Below, in pieces: positions 58,922-64,000 of a stretch of DNA of 64,000 nt. The stretch is from a virus: the IMG/VR virus record IMGVR_UViG_3300032213_001813, positions 1 through 64,000 of that record, one strand, 5' to 3'. How positions within the stretch are numbered: the first letter of the stretch is position 1; each line of letters begins with the position of its first letter. The position numbers were made by a program, and so were the translations under genes. The notes beneath the pieces were generated by a model. It saw nothing but the letters and a program-made list of their open reading frames with translations, was not told the origin of the DNA and searched no databases.

Positions 58922-59681
58922 GACTGAAACTCAATCTAATATTGAAAAGAATTTAATTGAAAGTTCAAGAATAAATAATATTGATTTGCATATAATTGGT
59001 AGAGGTGTAAAGTGGGAAGGGTTTATTACTAAATTTCAAATACTTAAAGAATATCTACCAACAATTAGTGAAGATATTGTATGCTTAACAGATTCGCGTG
59101 ATGTATTGTATATGTCAGATTCTAAAAAAATATATAATACGTTTATTAAAAACTTTTCAAAAGATTGTATTGTATTCAATGGAGAAACAAATTGTTTTCC
59201 TGAAAAGAGTTTTGCTGAACTACATCCAAACCAAAGTAAAAAATACAAATATTTAAATTCTGGATGCGTAATCGGTAGTAGAATTTTACTTATTGAAATT
59301 ATTGATAAGTGTTTAGAATTATATGATAGTTGTAAGATAAATGATGACCAATATTTACTTCAAAAAATATTTTTAGATGGTGAGTATGGTGATGCATTTA
59401 CAATAGATTATGATTGCAAAATATTTCAATGTATTTGGGATGAGGATTATGGTAGAAGTAATAACTTTGATTTGGTATATACGCAAAACGAAATTTACAA
59501 TAGATTAACAGATACATATCCGTTAATATTTCACTACCCCGGACCTACTTGTACTGGTTCTCAGGTTTGGAAAATACTAAATAAAAAGTATTATAAAATA
59601 CCAAACACAAAATACTATAAAGAAAAGAAAAAAAAATATGAAAGTATTAGTGATTCCGAATTACACAAACTTTGGCTCTAA
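58893..59681 (+). CDS. PLOD/LH3-type GT-A glycosyltransferase
   Basis: W.GF..K...LKEYL, LTDSRDV (DxxD), FNGETNCFP, YLNSGCVIG, DDQY, IDYDCKIFQC, LIFHYPG, in the same order as the GT domain of procollagen lysyl hydroxylases. Confidence 0.75.
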   Translation: MKKIHFLSIETETQSNIEKNLIESSRINNIDLHIIGRGVKWEGFITKFQILKEYLPTISEDIVCLTDSRDVLYMSDSKKIYNTFIKNFSKDCIVFNGETNCFPEKSFAELHPNQSKKYKYLNSGCVIGSRILLIEIIDKCLELYDSCKINDDQYLLQKIFLDGEYGDAFTIDYDCKIFQCIWDEDYGRSNNFDLVYTQNEIYNRLTDTYPLIFHYPGPTCTGSQVWKILNKKYYKIPNTKYYKEKKKKYESISDSELHKLWL

Positions 59682-60750
59682 CAAAGATATAAATAGAGAT
59701 TCATTTTTGCTGGTATTTAAGGCATTTTTGGATAACACAAAAATAGGTAAGGAGTGGGAGTTTGTACTACCATACCCTGATATGGATAACCATCCTGGCA
59801 TTATTAATACATTCGAATATCCAAACGTATCACTTCGTAGAATGGATGGGTTAGATTGCTTTCCTCCAAAGATGAGAGTAAACTATCCATATAAGTTTTT
59901 CCAACGATTAATTGATAAGGAAAACTTTAATCTAATTTGGTCACATTTACCTGAATGGACTCACGAATACAAAATTACTCGTATCTACAATAAAACACAA
60001 CCTATTATCGGATACTGCCATTGGTGGGAAATCAAAGATAATGGTGCTAGAGATGATAACTCTTTTTGGAAAAACGTAAAGGGTATGTTGGATATGAAAG
60101 TATGTGGTGTAAACTCCCAATGGGTTAAAGATTTGGTAATTAAAAGAGCATCTGAAGATTTTCAACCACACATCATTGAAAAGTTGGATAGGATTATTCA
60201 GCCTTGGTATTTGGGTACGGATGAATTTGTAGAACCAAAAGAATATAAACCAAAAACTATTGTCTTTAATCATAGGGAAGGTGTATATACAGGTTCCGAA
60301 TGGTTCTTCGAAGCTATGGATAATTTATGGAAAGAAAGACAGGATTTTGAAGTATGGACTAGTTTGAAAGATATGAAAAAACCATACACAAAATACATTG
60401 GGCATGCCGATAGAAATGTATATATGAATCAACTATCACAGGCTCATTTTGGAGTTGGTTGTTTCCAAACATATTCAGCATGGAGTATGAGTACAACGGA
60501 TGGATTGAGTAGAGGTGTTCCCTATGTACTACCAAACGGATTATGTTACCCTGAAATGGTTGGTAATGATTATCCATTACTATACAATTCGAAGGAGCAT
60601 TTTAAAGAAGTGGTTGTTGGGTTATTAGATGGAACAATTGAAAGACCTGATGTAAGTGCAATATCAAAAGCCTTATTATGGGAAAACTCATTGAAAAGTT
60701 GGGATATTGAAACCAATTTTGAAAAAACCGCTAGAATATTTGAAGATTAA
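59638..60750 (+). CDS. GT-B fold glycosyltransferase (GT4-like)
   Basis: LIWSHLPEW, YCHW, IVFNHREG, AWSMSTTDGLSRGVPYVLP...YPEMVG. Confidence 0.7.
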   Translation: MKVLVIPNYTNFGSNKDINRDSFLLVFKAFLDNTKIGKEWEFVLPYPDMDNHPGIINTFEYPNVSLRRMDGLDCFPPKMRVNYPYKFFQRLIDKENFNLIWSHLPEWTHEYKITRIYNKTQPIIGYCHWWEIKDNGARDDNSFWKNVKGMLDMKVCGVNSQWVKDLVIKRASEDFQPHIIEKLDRIIQPWYLGTDEFVEPKEYKPKTIVFNHREGVYTGSEWFFEAMDNLWKERQDFEVWTSLKDMKKPYTKYIGHADRNVYMNQLSQAHFGVGCFQTYSAWSMSTTDGLSRGVPYVLPNGLCYPEMVGNDYPLLYNSKEHFKEVVVGLLDGTIERPDVSAISKALLWENSLKSWDIETNFEKTARIFED

Positions 60751-60763
60751 TTAAAAAGACACG

Positions 60764-63283
60764 ATGTACCAGAACGCATATTACCAAAGAGAAAAGAATT
60801 TAGTGCACATTTGGGATGATAAACAAGGATATAGAAGTTTTCCTTACACTCGTTATGCGTATGAAAAAGCCGAAAGAGGTGATTATACATCCCTATATGG
60901 TGATAAACTAACAAAGATATACAAATTCAAAAAAGATGACCCGAACTTATTTGAATCCGATGTACCTGAAACAACTCGTATATTGGTGGACACTTATACG
61001 GATTCGGATGTTCCATCGGAGGGGCACGTTATCTTAACATACGATATTGAGTGTGAGATGGAGACCGGATTGCCGGATACTGAAAAAGCTGAAAATGAAT
61101 TAACTGCAATTGGTTTACATGATTCGGCAGCTGACCAATACTATGTTTTGATTATGGATAAGGCTGGAAAGATGGTTGAAAAAACTATTGGGAAAGCAAT
61201 TGTAATTCCGTTTAGAGATGAAAGGGATATGATACTTAAATACTTGGATTTGTATGAGTATATCAATCCCTCAATCGTTACAGGATGGAACATTGATTAC
61301 TTTGATACACCTTACCTATACAATCGTATTAAAAGGGTGTTAGGAGCAAAGCATGCTAATCGTTTATCACCGATTGGAGAATGTTTCTGGTCACCATATC
61401 GTAAGAGATTCTTTATGGCAGGTGTATCTTATTTGGATTACATTGGGTTGTACAAATCATATACCTATGTTGAGTTAGATAACTATCGTTTGGATACGGT
61501 AGCAACAAAAGAATTGGGTAGGGGTAAGATTGAGTACAAGGGTAATTTGGATAACTTATTCAGAGATGATATTGAAAAGTTTATTGAGTATAACTTAGTG
61601 GATGTTCAGTTGGTTGTGGATATGGAACGTAAGTTACAATTCATAGATTTATGTAGAGGTATCTGCCACGCTGGACACGTACCTTATGAGGATTTTGTAT
61701 ATTCATCCAAATTTTTAGAGGGAGCACTTCTAACTTATCTAAAGAGAAAGAACATTGTAGCACCTAACAAACCTGCGGATAGACAGGAGATGATGCAGGC
61801 ATTGAGAGATAATGAACAAGAGAAGTTTATCGGAGCATATGTTAAAGCACCTATTGTTGGTAAGTATGATTGGATATATGACTTAGACTTAACATCTCTA
61901 TATCCATCCATCATTATGACCTTAAATATCTCACCGGAAACAAAGGTAGCTAAGATTGATAATTGGGATGCTCAAAAGTATATGAAGGGTGAGATTGATG
62001 AGTTTAATATTGGCAATCGAACTATTTCAAAGGAGAATTTAGAAAAGTTATTTAAGGAAACCAATTATTCAGTATCATCAAATGGTGTAATGTATAGAAC
62101 CGATAAGCCAGGCTGTATTCCTGATATTTTGGATTTGTGGTTTGACCAAAGGGTTGAATTCCGTAAGTTGGAAAAGAAATTTGGTGAAGCTGGTGATAAA
62201 GAAAAATATGCATTCTATAAGAAAAGGCAGTTAGTTCAGAAAATTCTACTTAACTCACTATACGGAGTATTGGGATTACCTGCATTCCGTTTTTATGATG
62301 TGGATAATGCTGAAGCTGTAACAACATCAGGTCAAACTGTAATTAAATCCACAGCTGATATGGCTAATATTAAATACAATAAAGAATTAGGAACTAAAGG
62401 AGAGGATTTCAATATCTACATTGATACGGATTCGGTATTCTTTTCAGCAGTACCAATTCTAAACCATAGATATGAGGATTGGAAATCAGAAAACGATACT
62501 GAAATTGCATTAAAAGTGGATGCTATTGCTGGTGAAACGCAAGATTTCTTAAATAACTTCTATGATATATTATCCGAAAAGGTATTCAAAGTAGATAAAA
62601 CCAAACATCGTTTCCAAATCAAAAAGGAGTTTGTATCTAAATCAGGTATTTGGATTGCTAAAAAGAGATATGCACAATGGATTATTGCGGAAAATGGTAT
62701 TCCGTGTGATAGATTGGATGTTAAAGGATTGGACGTAGTTCGTTCATCATATCCTGCCCAATTCCGTAAGTTTATGAGTGAGGTTTTGATTGATATTCTA
62801 AGAGGTGTAGGTGAAGATGAAATGACGGATAAGATATATGATTTTAAGAAAGCATTATCGGAAATGGAAGTAGTATCTATCGCTAAGAATTCAGCAGTTA
62901 AAGAGTTATCTAAATACATACCAAAGAAAAAGGATAATAGGGCAATGTTCCAATTCAATAGTGGAACTCCTGCACACGTTAAGGCAGCAATTGCACATAA
63001 CCAACTAATTGCTCACTTTAATATTCAAAAGTGTGAACCAATGAGAGATGGTGATAAAATTAAATGGGTGTATCTAAAACAAAATCCATATGGTTTAGAT
63101 GGGCTTGGATTTAAAGGTTACGAAGACCCAGACGAAATTATGGATTTGGTAAAAACTTACATTGATTACGATAAAATCTTTGAAAGGGAACTACTAAAGA
63201 AGTTAGAAGATTTCTATGGAGCATTGGGTTGGGGTGAAGTTCTTTCTTCACAAAAAACAGCTGAAAAGTTTTTCTCTTTTTAG
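60764..63283 (+). CDS. gp43: Family B DNA polymerase
   Basis: Exo YDIE, GWNIDYFD, YNLVD; Pol DLTSLYPSII, KILLNSLYG, YIDTDS, KKRYA. Confidence 0.97.
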   Translation: MYQNAYYQREKNLVHIWDDKQGYRSFPYTRYAYEKAERGDYTSLYGDKLTKIYKFKKDDPNLFESDVPETTRILVDTYTDSDVPSEGHVILTYDIECEMETGLPDTEKAENELTAIGLHDSAADQYYVLIMDKAGKMVEKTIGKAIVIPFRDERDMILKYLDLYEYINPSIVTGWNIDYFDTPYLYNRIKRVLGAKHANRLSPIGECFWSPYRKRFFMAGVSYLDYIGLYKSYTYVELDNYRLDTVATKELGRGKIEYKGNLDNLFRDDIEKFIEYNLVDVQLVVDMERKLQFIDLCRGICHAGHVPYEDFVYSSKFLEGALLTYLKRKNIVAPNKPADRQEMMQALRDNEQEKFIGAYVKAPIVGKYDWIYDLDLTSLYPSIIMTLNISPETKVAKIDNWDAQKYMKGEIDEFNIGNRTISKENLEKLFKETNYSVSSNGVMYRTDKPGCIPDILDLWFDQRVEFRKLEKKFGEAGDKEKYAFYKKRQLVQKILLNSLYGVLGLPAFRFYDVDNAEAVTTSGQTVIKSTADMANIKYNKELGTKGEDFNIYIDTDSVFFSAVPILNHRYEDWKSENDTEIALKVDAIAGETQDFLNNFYDILSEKVFKVDKTKHRFQIKKEFVSKSGIWIAKKRYAQWIIAENGIPCDRLDVKGLDVVRSSYPAQFRKFMSEVLIDILRGVGEDEMTDKIYDFKKALSEMEVVSIAKNSAVKELSKYIPKKKDNRAMFQFNSGTPAHVKAAIAHNQLIAHFNIQKCEPMRDGDKIKWVYLKQNPYGLDGLGFKGYEDPDEIMDLVKTYIDYDKIFERELLKKLEDFYGALGWGEVLSSQKTAEKFFSF

Positions 63284-63314
63284 TTGGAATATTCGGAAAA
63301 TATTCGTATCTTTG
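63283..63314 (+). promoter_or_regulatory. Bacteroidota-type promoter for sliding clamp
   Basis: GTTG-N20-TATCTTTG. Confidence 0.7.
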
Positions 63315-63354
63315 TAAACGAATATAAAATAAATAAAACAATAAATAAACAATT

Positions 63355-64000
63355 ATGAACAGAAGCAAATTTGATGGTTTCGTTGGTCGTTACAACTTAG
63401 GTGGTGAGATTGAATCCGTTATGGTAAAATCCGATGATAATACATTATCGGTAAGAATGATTTCAGATGATAAAACTCTATTAGGTGATGTAAGTGTTGC
63501 AGAATCGGATTTTCCAAATGGTGAGTTTGGCATTTATACAACATCACAATTAAAAGGTTTGTTATCAGTATTAGGTGATGCTATCACTATTGAAGAAGTG
63601 ACTGGAGCATTAAAGTTTTCGGATAAGAAAACTAAAGTACAATATATGTTAGCTGCACCATCAGTTATCCCTGCGGTACCTGATTTGAAAGCACTTCCTC
63701 CATTTGATGCAGAAATTACATTAGATGATGATTTTGTAAATACATTTATCAAATCAAAAGGTGTGTTATCGGATGCGGATACATTTACATTTATTCACAA
63801 AGGTGGTAAGGGTGAGATTATTTTAGGATACTCTTCAATCAACTCCAACCGAATTTCATTGGATGTGGATTCAACTGCAACTAATGATATCGAACCAATT
63901 GCATTCTCTGCAAAGTATTTGAAAGCTATCTTAATGGCTAACAAAGGTTCTAAAACATCTTCATTGAAAATCTCTTCAAAAGGATTATCGCACGTATCAT
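63355..64000 (+). CDS. gp45: Sliding clamp (gp45-like), 3'-truncated; absent from the ORF track
   Basis: Own translation MNRSKFDGFVGRYNLGGEIESV...EFGIYTTSQLKGLL...QYMLAAPSVIP...FSAKYLKAIL; open to the window end; follows PolB. Confidence 0.75.
   Translation, partial: MNRSKFDGFVGRYNLGGEIESVMVKSDDNTLSVRMISDDKTLLGDVSVAESDFPNGEFGIYTTSQLKGLLSVLGDAITIEEVTGALKFSDKKTKVQYMLAAPSVIPAVPDLKALPPFDAEITLDDDFVNTFIKSKGVLSDADTFTFIHKGGKGEIILGYSSINSNRISLDVDSTATNDIEPIAFSAKYLKAILMANKGSKTSSLKISSKGLSHVS

Noticed and set aside
47785-63283. Introns or inteins in recA, helicase, nrdA, nrdB or polB
   Set aside because: The ORFs are continuous, of normal or short length, with no visible insertion or splicing motifs.
1513-63752. 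Numerous 60-145 aa minus-strand ORFs in the track
   Set aside because: All lie antisense to well-supported + strand genes and have no recognisable motifs or promoters.
1-64000. Stop-codon reassignment as seen in some Bacteroidota phages
   Set aside because: Core genes are full length in the standard code, and TAG/TGA terminate genes at sensible positions (e.g. PolB, nrdA-adjacent genes, RecA).

Overview
AT-rich window from a large contractile-tailed (T4-like) dsDNA bacteriophage. All convincing genes are on the + strand, and the window cuts genes at both ends. The host is inferred to be Bacteroidota, from eight TTTG-N20-TAnnTTTG promoters, A-rich start regions without Shine-Dalgarno motifs, and a signal peptide followed by Gln. 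Bases 1-25.2 kb are a giant fibre module: a helical-repeat structural protein, 3225-aa and 2086-aa fibres with about 1500 residues of proline-poor Gly-Thr-Ser triplets, two cupredoxin-like domains, a BspA-type LRR protein and chaperones. Bases 25.3-37.4 kb encode the sheath, tube, a tail assembly chaperone with a probable programmed frameshift, the tape measure protein and baseplate genes. Next come a tmRNA with a 26-codon tag, a degenerate PolA-like gene, a secreted nuclease, a 1359-aa multi-enzyme protein and a GH19 endolysin. The replication block holds SSB, RecA, a 5'-3' exonuclease, helicase, NrdB/NrdA, thioredoxin, PolB and the sliding clamp. It is interrupted by a candidate modification cluster of two Mom-like GNAT proteins, a PLOD-type GT-A and a GT-B glycosyltransferase. 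The best leads are the Mom/glycosyltransferase cluster, the frameshifted chaperone, possible glycosylation of collagen-like fibres, and the 1359-aa protein. All family assignments are motif recognition by eye; no searches were run.
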